From: Flavobacteriales bacterium
GTDB lineage: Bacteria > Bacteroidota > Bacteroidia > Flavobacteriales_F > PHOS-HE28
Assembly (NCBI GenBank): GCA_018057455.1
Contig: JAGPDT010000006.1
Span: 2,272-66,271 of the forward strand
Direction: 5' to 3'
DNA: 64,000 nt
In this document: in pieces, positions 16,037-23,633 of the stretch
Layout of the letters: the number at the start of each line of letters is the position of its first letter
Position numbering within the stretch: position 1 is the first letter of the stretch
Notes under the pieces: generated by a model
The model's input: only the letters and a program-made list of their open reading frames with translations
Told to the model about the DNA's origin: nothing
The model's database searches: none
Program-made: the position numbers and the translations under genes

Positions 16037-18324
16037 ACCAAGCGCATATGCCCCAGGCGACCACCCATGAAGATACGGACCTGAAGTCCTTCTTAGGCCG
16101 CTACCTGCGTGCCTGGCCTTTGATCGGCATGGCCGGTGTGGGCCTCTTGGCCCTGGTCATCTTCATCATGATGGCCGTTGCACCGATGTACTCCGGCAGC
16201 ACCAGCGTAGTGATCAATACCCCCATGCGGTACGACGACCCCAGCCGCTTGGTCCAGCCCAGGGACCCGGTGGCCCGCACGGATAAGAACTACTACCTGA
16301 ACGAACAGGTCCGCATCACCTCCCAGCCTATCGTGCGCAGTGTGGTGGAACAGCTCAACCTGCGCACCCAGTATGTGCAGGAGAAGTGGCCAGTGGACTG
16401 GGATGTGTACAAGAACTCACCCATCGTGGTGGAGTTGGACAGCAACTCCCTGCACAATGCGGGACGGGTGCCGTACAATGTGCCGTTCTACCTGCATGAT
16501 GTCAAGGGGGATAAGTTCACTTTGGTTGGTGAAGGCACCTATGGCACGGACGACCTGGAGATAGAGGTGGAAAAACCGGGCCAGTTCGGCGAGTGGATCA
16601 CACTGGACAGCATGCGCGTACGCATTCTGCGCGCCGGCAACAGCAAGATCCCCTTGGAAGGCCCCGATGCCGGGTCCTATGGCTTCGTGATCCGAGACAT
16701 CAATGTGGTGACCTTGGACCTCATGGACGCCTTGCTGGGCGAACCCGGCATTGCCGAGGCCACCACCGTGAACGTGACCCTGACGGCAGCGCCCAAGCAA
16801 AAAGTGCTGGACGTGCTCAACGCCATCGGTGAAACTTACACCGCCGTCCACTTGGCTGAGCAACGCGCCGAGCTGGAGAAGGCCATTACCTCCATGGAGA
16901 AGGAGATCGCCGTGGCCACCAGCGAGATGAACACGGCCAGCAAGGACCTTGAACAATTCAAGACCAGCACCTCGATCACCGACCTCACGCACTCCACCAT
17001 CATGCTCCAGGAAGAAATGCGCTCGGTGAACGCCCAGCGCGAATCCTTGATGGTGACCTCGAGTTACTATGACAACCTGGCGGCGATCCTGCGCCGCAGC
17101 GCGGATACCCAACCGCCCAGCCCCAAGGCCTATGGCATCACGGACCCCCTACTGAACGACATGACCGCCGAGTACACGTCCCTGCAGTCGGACGTGGCCA
17201 TGATGCGTGCCGAAGGCAAAACCACCAACCCCCAGTTTACCCGCCTGGTGCGTCTCCTGGAACAAAAACGGGCGAACATGCTGGTCACCGTGGAGAGCTT
17301 CCAGGCCAACACCCGGATCAGCCTGAAGAACGTGGACGCGCAGCGGGATGCACTGCTGGCCAAGCAAAGCAAAGTACCCGGTCAGGACCGTGTCCTGGTG
17401 GACATCGAACGCCAGCAACGCATGCTGGAGTCCGCCATCAATGACATGGTGGCCCGCCTCAGCAGCCTGAAGGTGCAGCACGCGGCCATCACGCCCAATG
17501 TGTATGTCACGGCCCCGGCCTACCTCACCGATGAGGAACCTTTCTTCCCGGACGTTGTGATCCTTCTGGCCGTGGTCTTCCTGCTGGCCTTGATCGCACC
17601 CTTGGGATACTTGGTGTTCAAGGCCCTGTTCAGCGATGCCATCCTCGGAGCCCAAGATTTGGCCAAGAACCTGCCCGGTGTGGCCGTGGCCGCCCAGGTG
17701 CCCTTCACCTCCAACCGCACCACCCGTGCCTTGATCGCCAACACCGCAAGTGAAGCGTACATGGAGGTGGCCAAACTGGCGGCCCTGCTTGAACAAAGCC
17801 GTGCCTCGATGCCGGAAGTGCTCCTGGTGTGCGGTGCCAATGGCAAGGAGGCCGTGGCCGCCACGGCCGAGCGCCTGGCGTGGATGCTCGCCCAGCGGGG
17901 CAACAACGTGTTGCTGGCCCATGGCCCTGGCCAGGCACCGCGCACCACCGACGCACCTTCCTCCTTGTCCGTACTTGACGCGAGCCAACTGGCCATACCG
18001 GCCGTACAGGAACGTGCACGGGCTCTGGATGCTTCCTTTGCCATCCTCACGGGCACCACGGCCGATGCCATGGCGATCATGGCCCGGGTGGGCGATGTGG
18101 ACCGCGCCTTGGTGGTGTGCCAACCCGGGATCACCACCCGGAAGGACCTGCAACGCATCGCATCCACACAAGCCAATGGCCAATTGCCTGCGCTGATGCT
18201 CGTATTGGACAGCGTGAAGGACAAGCCGCTGCCTTGCTTCGGCCTGCGCAAACGCAAGGGTGAACAACGCCTGGGCCTGTTCGGTTTTTTCCGCTACAAC
18301 TGGAGCCGCGCGTTGGGCCGTTGA
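16033..18324 (+). CDS. Wzc/GumC-like polysaccharide co-polymerase with a degenerate C-terminal BY-kinase-like domain
   Basis: 763 aa. It has an N-terminal TM segment plus Wzz-like region, a long coiled-coil periplasmic segment, a second TM segment (VVILLAVVFLLALIAPLGYLVF), and a C-terminal P-loop-like fold. That fold reads GANGKE at 17833-17850 where GxxGKS/T is expected, and FAILTGTT at 18037-18060 where hhhhDTPP is expected. There is no C-terminal Tyr cluster. The start overlaps the wza stop (ATGA). Confidence 0.75.
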   Translation: MNQAHMPQATTHEDTDLKSFLGRYLRAWPLIGMAGVGLLALVIFIMMAVAPMYSGSTSVVINTPMRYDDPSRLVQPRDPVARTDKNYYLNEQVRITSQPIVRSVVEQLNLRTQYVQEKWPVDWDVYKNSPIVVELDSNSLHNAGRVPYNVPFYLHDVKGDKFTLVGEGTYGTDDLEIEVEKPGQFGEWITLDSMRVRILRAGNSKIPLEGPDAGSYGFVIRDINVVTLDLMDALLGEPGIAEATTVNVTLTAAPKQKVLDVLNAIGETYTAVHLAEQRAELEKAITSMEKEIAVATSEMNTASKDLEQFKTSTSITDLTHSTIMLQEEMRSVNAQRESLMVTSSYYDNLAAILRRSADTQPPSPKAYGITDPLLNDMTAEYTSLQSDVAMMRAEGKTTNPQFTRLVRLLEQKRANMLVTVESFQANTRISLKNVDAQRDALLAKQSKVPGQDRVLVDIERQQRMLESAINDMVARLSSLKVQHAAITPNVYVTAPAYLTDEEPFFPDVVILLAVVFLLALIAPLGYLVFKALFSDAILGAQDLAKNLPGVAVAAQVPFTSNRTTRALIANTASEAYMEVAKLAALLEQSRASMPEVLLVCGANGKEAVAATAERLAWMLAQRGNNVLLAHGPGQAPRTTDAPSSLSVLDASQLAIPAVQERARALDASFAILTGTTADAMAIMARVGDVDRALVVCQPGITTRKDLQRIASTQANGQLPALMLVLDSVKDKPLPCFGLRKRKGEQRLGLFGFFRYNWSRALGR

Positions 18325-19559
18325 TGCACATGCGCCTGGTTTTCATCACGAACCAGTTGCCCTATCCGCCCCTGAGCGGCGGCGTCATCAAGTCCTGGAG
18401 GTTGCTTAGCCGCTTGGCCGGGGAGTTTGACGTGGTGTTGATCGCACCGCTCAAAGGGGATGATGAGCAGCATGTGGCCGCACTGAAGGCCCAACTGCCG
18501 AACGTGGAAGTGCATGCCGCCCCGGTGGAGCGCCCGCGCACCGGGCTGAACTTCCTGCGCAGCCTGGTGTGTGCGCCCACCCTCAATGTGTACCGCACCG
18601 CCAGCAAGCAGCTGCAGGCGGCAGCGGCTGCGGCCATTGGCCGGGCCGACCTGGTCCTGGTGGACCACTTGGAGGTGTTCCCTTATGTGCCCGTGCAAAC
18701 CAAGGTCCCCGTTGTCCTGCATCAGCACAATGCCGAATACATCATGTGGGAGCGGTCCAAAAAGGTGGCCCGCAACCTGGCCGAGAAGCTTGTGCTGGCC
18801 ATTGAGAGCGGACGGGTGAAACGGTATGAGCGCAAGGCATGCCTGCGGGCCGACCTGGTCTTTGCTGCGCCCAACGACCAGGATGAACTCATCAAAATAG
18901 GCGTGGCCAAGGAGAAATTCCACACCACCTTCCACCTGGGTGATGACAGCGGCCTGGATGCCCCGGACTTGCAATTCCATGAAGCCTTGGACAAGCTGCT
19001 CTATGTGGGCACATTGAGCTGGCCCGCCAATACCGATGGGCTCCTATGGTTCCTCTCCAGCGTTTGGCCCCGGTTGAAAGCCGGGCATCCGGCATTGACG
19101 CTGGACATCATCGGGCGCGGCGCCAGCGAGGAACTGCAGGAAGCCGTGGCCCGTGCACAGGGTACGGTGCTTCACGGATTCGTGGACGACCTGGAGCCCT
19201 TCTACCGCAAGAGCAAAGTGTTCATCGCCCCGCTGCGCTTCGGCAGCGGAACAAAGGTGAAAGTGATCACCGCGCTCTACCGCGGGCTGCCCTGTGTCAC
19301 CACCACCGTTGGTGCCGAAGGGCTGGACCTGCTGCACGGCAAGGAGATCTTCCTGGCCGATGATGCGGACGGCACGGTGAAGAGCATCCAAGAGCTGGTC
19401 ACCAACAGGAAGTCGTGGGAAACCGTTCGTGACAGCGGCCGCCTGAAGGCAAAAAATGAACTAGGTTGGAACCCTTTGTTGGACGATCACGTCCAAAGCC
19501 TCCGCAGTTTATCCCCCCCCCGGACCATAGCCGCCCCCCTATGCTCTTCAATTCCGTAG
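18324..19559 (+). CDS. glycosyltransferase family 4 (GT-B, Glycos_transf_1)
   Basis: MRLVFITNQLPYPPLSGG at the N-terminus, and LYVGTLSWPANTDGL...FIAPLRFGSGTKVKVITALYRGLPCVTTTVGAEGL in the C-terminal domain. Start candidates are 18324 and 18330; the track's 18321 is a TTG. Confidence 0.8.
   Translation: MHMRLVFITNQLPYPPLSGGVIKSWRLLSRLAGEFDVVLIAPLKGDDEQHVAALKAQLPNVEVHAAPVERPRTGLNFLRSLVCAPTLNVYRTASKQLQAAAAAAIGRADLVLVDHLEVFPYVPVQTKVPVVLHQHNAEYIMWERSKKVARNLAEKLVLAIESGRVKRYERKACLRADLVFAAPNDQDELIKIGVAKEKFHTTFHLGDDSGLDAPDLQFHEALDKLLYVGTLSWPANTDGLLWFLSSVWPRLKAGHPALTLDIIGRGASEELQEAVARAQGTVLHGFVDDLEPFYRKSKVFIAPLRFGSGTKVKVITALYRGLPCVTTTVGAEGLDLLHGKEIFLADDADGTVKSIQELVTNRKSWETVRDSGRLKAKNELGWNPLLDDHVQSLRSLSPPRTIAAPLCSSIP
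19513..19521. repeat. C9 homopolymer (the longest mononucleotide run I saw in the window)
   Basis: The sequence atCCCCCCCCCgg is read directly at 19513-19521. It lies in the last 16 codons of the GT4 ORF and 20 nt upstream of the MBOAT ATG at 19541. Confidence 0.9.
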
Positions 19560-20932
19560 ACTACCTCGTCTTCCTGCCCCTGGTACTGATCATGTACCAC
19601 CTGATCCCCAAGACGTACCGGTGGGTGATGCTCTTGGCGGTCAGCTACTATTTCTACATGAGCTGGAAACCGTTCTTCGCGGTGTTCATGCTCTTTTCCA
19701 CCATCGTGGACTACTGGTCCGCGATCCGCATGGAATCCGCACCGGACAAGAAGACCCGGCGCCTGTACATGGCCGCCAGCATGGCGGGCAACCTGGGCCT
19801 GCTGTTCTTCTTCAAGTACATGAACTTCTTCGCCTACAACGCCGAGGTGCTGTTCGGCGGGCTGGGGGTGTACTATGATTCGCCCGTGCTCAACATCATC
19901 CTGCCCTTGGGCATCTCCTTCTACACCTTCCAGAGCCTGAGCTACACCTTCGACGTGTACAAGGGCAAGGACAAAGCCGAGCACCACTTCGGCTACTTCG
20001 CGCTGTACGTGAGCTACTTCCCCCAGCTGGTCGCCGGCCCCATCGAACGCGCGGGCAACCTCATCCCTCAATTGCGTGCCAACATACCGGCCACCAACGA
20101 CGACATCCGCTACGGCATCAACAAGATCCTCCTGGGCTTCTTCAAGAAGGTGGTGGTGGCCGACAACATCGGCCCCTTCGTGGACCAGCTCTACGGCAAC
20201 GTGCCCAGCGCCTCGGGCCTGCAATACGCCATCGCCGCGGTGCTCTTCGCCGTGCAGTTGTTCTGCGATTTCAGCGGCTATACGGACATTGCCATCGGTT
20301 CGGCCCGCCTGATGGGCGTGCGGATCATGGAGAACTTCGACCGGCCCTTCCTCACCACCAACCTCAACGCCGCCTGGGCCAAGTGGCACATCTCCCTCAC
20401 CTCCTGGATCGGCGACTATGTATACCGGCCCTGGGTGCGCAGCAGGCCCGACCGCATCAAGCTCATCACCATCGCCGTGTTCGTCATCATCGGCTTCTGG
20501 CACGGGCCCACGTGGAACTTCGTGCTCTTCGGCCTCTTCCACGGCGTAGCCATGGTGCTCCAACGTGAGTATATCCGCATCAAACCGCTCAAAGCATTCA
20601 ACAACAGTGCCCCGATGAAGGTGTTCTGGACGATCTGGAACAGCAGCCTGATCATCTTCTCCTGCATCTTCTTCCGCAACAGCGCCACGGATTCCTTCAC
20701 GGTGATCCACCACATGTTCACGGACTTCCACCTCTCCATGGCCGACCTGCGCTCGGGCTACTTCTCCCAGATGGTCCTGGCCATCTTCTTCGCCCTCCTC
20801 GCCGTGGCCACTACCTTGCTTCCCCGCAGCCTGCGCTTCAAGCATGACAACCTCTACGTGCTGGGCATGCTGCTGGTGATCTTCATCTTTGGCTCGGATT
20901 CCATGAACCAGTTCATCTACTTCCAATTCTGA
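19541..20932 (+). CDS. MBOAT-family membrane-bound O-acyltransferase (AlgI/DltB-like)
   Basis: MLFNSVDYLVFLPLV start, LGISFYTFQSLSYTFDVY, YVSYFPQLVAGPIER and IGFWHGPTWNFVLFGLFHG (containing the conserved His). The track start at 19466 is an upstream extension. Confidence 0.85.
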   Translation: MLFNSVDYLVFLPLVLIMYHLIPKTYRWVMLLAVSYYFYMSWKPFFAVFMLFSTIVDYWSAIRMESAPDKKTRRLYMAASMAGNLGLLFFFKYMNFFAYNAEVLFGGLGVYYDSPVLNIILPLGISFYTFQSLSYTFDVYKGKDKAEHHFGYFALYVSYFPQLVAGPIERAGNLIPQLRANIPATNDDIRYGINKILLGFFKKVVVADNIGPFVDQLYGNVPSASGLQYAIAAVLFAVQLFCDFSGYTDIAIGSARLMGVRIMENFDRPFLTTNLNAAWAKWHISLTSWIGDYVYRPWVRSRPDRIKLITIAVFVIIGFWHGPTWNFVLFGLFHGVAMVLQREYIRIKPLKAFNNSAPMKVFWTIWNSSLIIFSCIFFRNSATDSFTVIHHMFTDFHLSMADLRSGYFSQMVLAIFFALLAVATTLLPRSLRFKHDNLYVLGMLLVIFIFGSDSMNQFIYFQF

Positions 20933-20938
20933 CCGCGG

Positions 20939-21961
20939 ATGAAGACCCTGGCACGCAACTCCGCCTTCTTCATCATCGCCTTCATCGGGGTGGCCCTTGG
21001 CATGGACCAGGTGGTGCAGCGGTGGTTCATCTTCAACGACCCCGCCAGCAACCCTTCCAAGATTCGGCGCCTGGTGGAAAGCGAGGACCCCGGGGAGATC
21101 CCCGTCTTCGGCAGCTCCAAGGGCCGCAGCGCCTTCATCCCGGACAGCTTGGCGCCCACGGTGTACAACTACTCCATGGAGCGTGGCAACTTCGACATCG
21201 TGGAATTCCTGCTGGAGACCGAACTGGCCAAACCCCGTAAAACCCCGGTGTTGCTCGAGTTCAACCACCGCTACTTCATCCATGCGCCCAGCTACACCAT
21301 CGACATGGCCACCTTCGCGCCCAACGTGGGGCTGCCCGGGGTGAGCGAATTCCTGGAGAAAAGCGGACGCCTGGAAACCCGGTTCATGATCCCCGGCCTG
21401 CGCTACTTCGGAAGCATTGAAGGCTATGTGCGCAAAGGCATGGACGAGGACGGCACCACCTCCAGGCAATCCGTGAAGGGCGGCTTGTTCACCGAACGTG
21501 CCGTAGGCCGCGAACAAATGGCCAACCAAGTGGCCGCCCGTGAACGGTCCATCGCTCTGCGCCAAAAGCTCGAGCACGCCAAGAACGATGTGAAGGAGGC
21601 CATCTCGGCCGAGGACCGCCACCGCCTGGTGGCGCTCAATTCGCTGCTCCTGTTCAACGCCCCCGAAGAGCGTGTGGCCCGCTTCGAGGAGCTGGTGGCC
21701 AGCCGCCCGGACCGCCAGATCCTGATGGCCTACACCCCCCAACACTGGAGCGAACTCAAGGGCATCGCCAACTTCCACGAGATCACCGCCCTGTTCGCCG
21801 AACTGCAGAAGCGCCACCCCAACCTGCATTTCTACGACTACTCCCACATGCAATTGCCGGACAGCGCCTACAAGAACAGCGCCCACCTGAACAATACCGG
21901 CGCAAGGGCGTTCTGCGAGGCATTCAAGCGCGACGCGGGGCAATACCTCCAAGCCCCTTGA
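20939..21961 (+). CDS. single-pass membrane protein, possible SGNH/DltD/AlgJ-like partner of the MBOAT
   Basis: 340 aa with an N-terminal TM segment (FFIIAFIGVALG), FGSSKG (a possible nucleophile Ser) and C-terminal DSAYKNSAHLNNTG (a possible Asp/His pair). Position directly after an MBOAT gene is the main argument, and the motifs are weak. Confidence 0.4.
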   Translation: MKTLARNSAFFIIAFIGVALGMDQVVQRWFIFNDPASNPSKIRRLVESEDPGEIPVFGSSKGRSAFIPDSLAPTVYNYSMERGNFDIVEFLLETELAKPRKTPVLLEFNHRYFIHAPSYTIDMATFAPNVGLPGVSEFLEKSGRLETRFMIPGLRYFGSIEGYVRKGMDEDGTTSRQSVKGGLFTERAVGREQMANQVAARERSIALRQKLEHAKNDVKEAISAEDRHRLVALNSLLLFNAPEERVARFEELVASRPDRQILMAYTPQHWSELKGIANFHEITALFAELQKRHPNLHFYDYSHMQLPDSAYKNSAHLNNTGARAFCEAFKRDAGQYLQAP

Positions 21962-22027
21962 TTCCCACGAATATTAGACCGACCTTTGCACCCCGAAAAC
22001 CGGGCGTTTCCCCAGCCTGTAGCCCCC

Positions 22028-22633
22028 ATGAGCACCCCCGCCAACATCCACCCGGTCTTTGACCGCCTGCTGCAACGGGCGGACAAGGAGGCCCTGCTTC
22101 GCCAGCGCGGTTGTGCCGTGTGGATGACCGGGCTGAGCGGCAGCGGGAAGAGCACCATCGCCATCGCCTTGGAACGCAAGCTCCATGCCGCCGGCCATTT
22201 CACCGCCGTGCTGGACGGGGACAACATCCGCACGGGCATCAACAACAACCTGGGCTTCAGCGAGGCCGACCGCACGGAGAACATCCGGCGCATCGCCGAG
22301 GTGGCCAAGCTCTTCGTGCAGAACGGCACGGTGGTCCTCTGCAGCTTCGTAAGCCCCACGATCGCCATCCGCGAACAGGCCCGGGGCATCATCGGTGCCG
22401 CCGACTTCCTCGAGATCTTCGTGGACACCCCGTTGGAAGAGTGCGAACGGCGCGACGTAAAAGGCCTGTATGCCAAGGCCCGGGCCGGTGAGCTGAAGGA
22501 TTTCACGGGCATCAGCGCACCGTTCGAGCCCCCACCGGCGCCAGCCTTGCGCCTGCCCACCACCGGCCGCAGCGTGGAGGCCACCTCTGAAGAACTTTTC
22601 CTGCACTTGGTGCAACGCATTAAACGGAACTGA
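22028..22633 (+). CDS. cysC: adenylyl-sulfate (APS) kinase
   Basis: Contains [53 protein letters not shown] and CSFVSP. The ATG at 22028 is preferred over 21986. Confidence 0.9.
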   Translation: MSTPANIHPVFDRLLQRADKEALLRQRGCAVWMTGLSGSGKSTIAIALERKLHAAGHFTAVLDGDNIRTGINNNLGFSEADRTENIRRIAEVAKLFVQNGTVVLCSFVSPTIAIREQARGIIGAADFLEIFVDTPLEECERRDVKGLYAKARAGELKDFTGISAPFEPPPAPALRLPTTGRSVEATSEELFLHLVQRIKRN

Positions 22634-22643
22634 ACAACAAGCC

Positions 22644-23549
22644 ATGCATTCCTATCGCCTCACACACCTGAAGGAACTCGAAAGCGAGAGCATCCACATC
22701 CTGCGCGAAGTGGCCTCGCAGTTCGACAATCCCACCCTGTTGTTCAGCGGTGGCAAGGACAGCATCCTGTGCTTCCACCTGGCCCGCAAGGCCTTTTACC
22801 CGGCCAAGGTGCCCTTCCCCCTGCTGCACGTGGACACCGGCCACAACTTCCCCGAGGCCATCGAATTCCGCGACCAGCTCGTGAAGGAGCATGGCGCCCA
22901 CCTGCTCGTGGGCAGCGTGCAGAAGAGCATCGATGAAGGCAAGGTGCAGGAAGAAACCGGCTACTACGCCAGCCGGAACAAGCTCCAGACACACACCTTG
23001 CTGGAGTCCATTGAGACCCACAAGATCGATTGCGCCATCGGCGGGGCCCGCCGCGATGAGGAAAAGGCCCGTGCCAAGGAGCGCGTGTTCAGCCACCGCG
23101 ATGACTTCGGCCAGTGGGACCCCAAGAACCAGCGCCCCGAGCTGTGGAACCTGTACAACGGCCGCAAGCGCCCGGGCGAACACTTCCGGGCCTTCCCCAT
23201 CAGCAACTGGACCGAGATGGACGTGTGGCAGTATATCCTCCTGGAGAAGATCCCCATCCCCACCATCTACTTCAGCCATGTGCGCGAAGTGTTCGAGCGC
23301 GACGGCGTGATCTACGCCAACTCCCCCTTCATGCGCTTGAAGCCGGAGGAAAAACCATTCATGAAGCGCGTACGCTTCCGCACGGTGGGCGACATGAGCT
23401 GCACCGGCGCCGTGGATTCCCCGGCCGCCACTTTGGAGGAGATCATCGAGGAAGTGGCCTCCACCCGCACCACCGAGCGCGGCAGCCGCATGGACGACAA
23501 GCGCAGCGAGGCCGCCATGGAGGACCGTAAGAAGGAAGGTTATTTCTAA
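22644..23549 (+). CDS. cysD: sulfate adenylyltransferase subunit 2
   Basis: 301 aa. Contains LRELESESIHILREV, LLFSGGKDS, HVDTGHNFPE, RRDEEKARAKERVFS and ISNWTEMDVWQYI. Confidence 0.92.
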   Translation: MHSYRLTHLKELESESIHILREVASQFDNPTLLFSGGKDSILCFHLARKAFYPAKVPFPLLHVDTGHNFPEAIEFRDQLVKEHGAHLLVGSVQKSIDEGKVQEETGYYASRNKLQTHTLLESIETHKIDCAIGGARRDEEKARAKERVFSHRDDFGQWDPKNQRPELWNLYNGRKRPGEHFRAFPISNWTEMDVWQYILLEKIPIPTIYFSHVREVFERDGVIYANSPFMRLKPEEKPFMKRVRFRTVGDMSCTGAVDSPAATLEEIIEEVASTRTTERGSRMDDKRSEAAMEDRKKEGYF

Positions 23550-23633
23550 GCGGCACGCATTCCAGAACCACCACCGCCCAGGGGATGGCGGCCCCGGCCG
23601 ATCCCGCACACCAAACGCATCACAGACCAGAGA

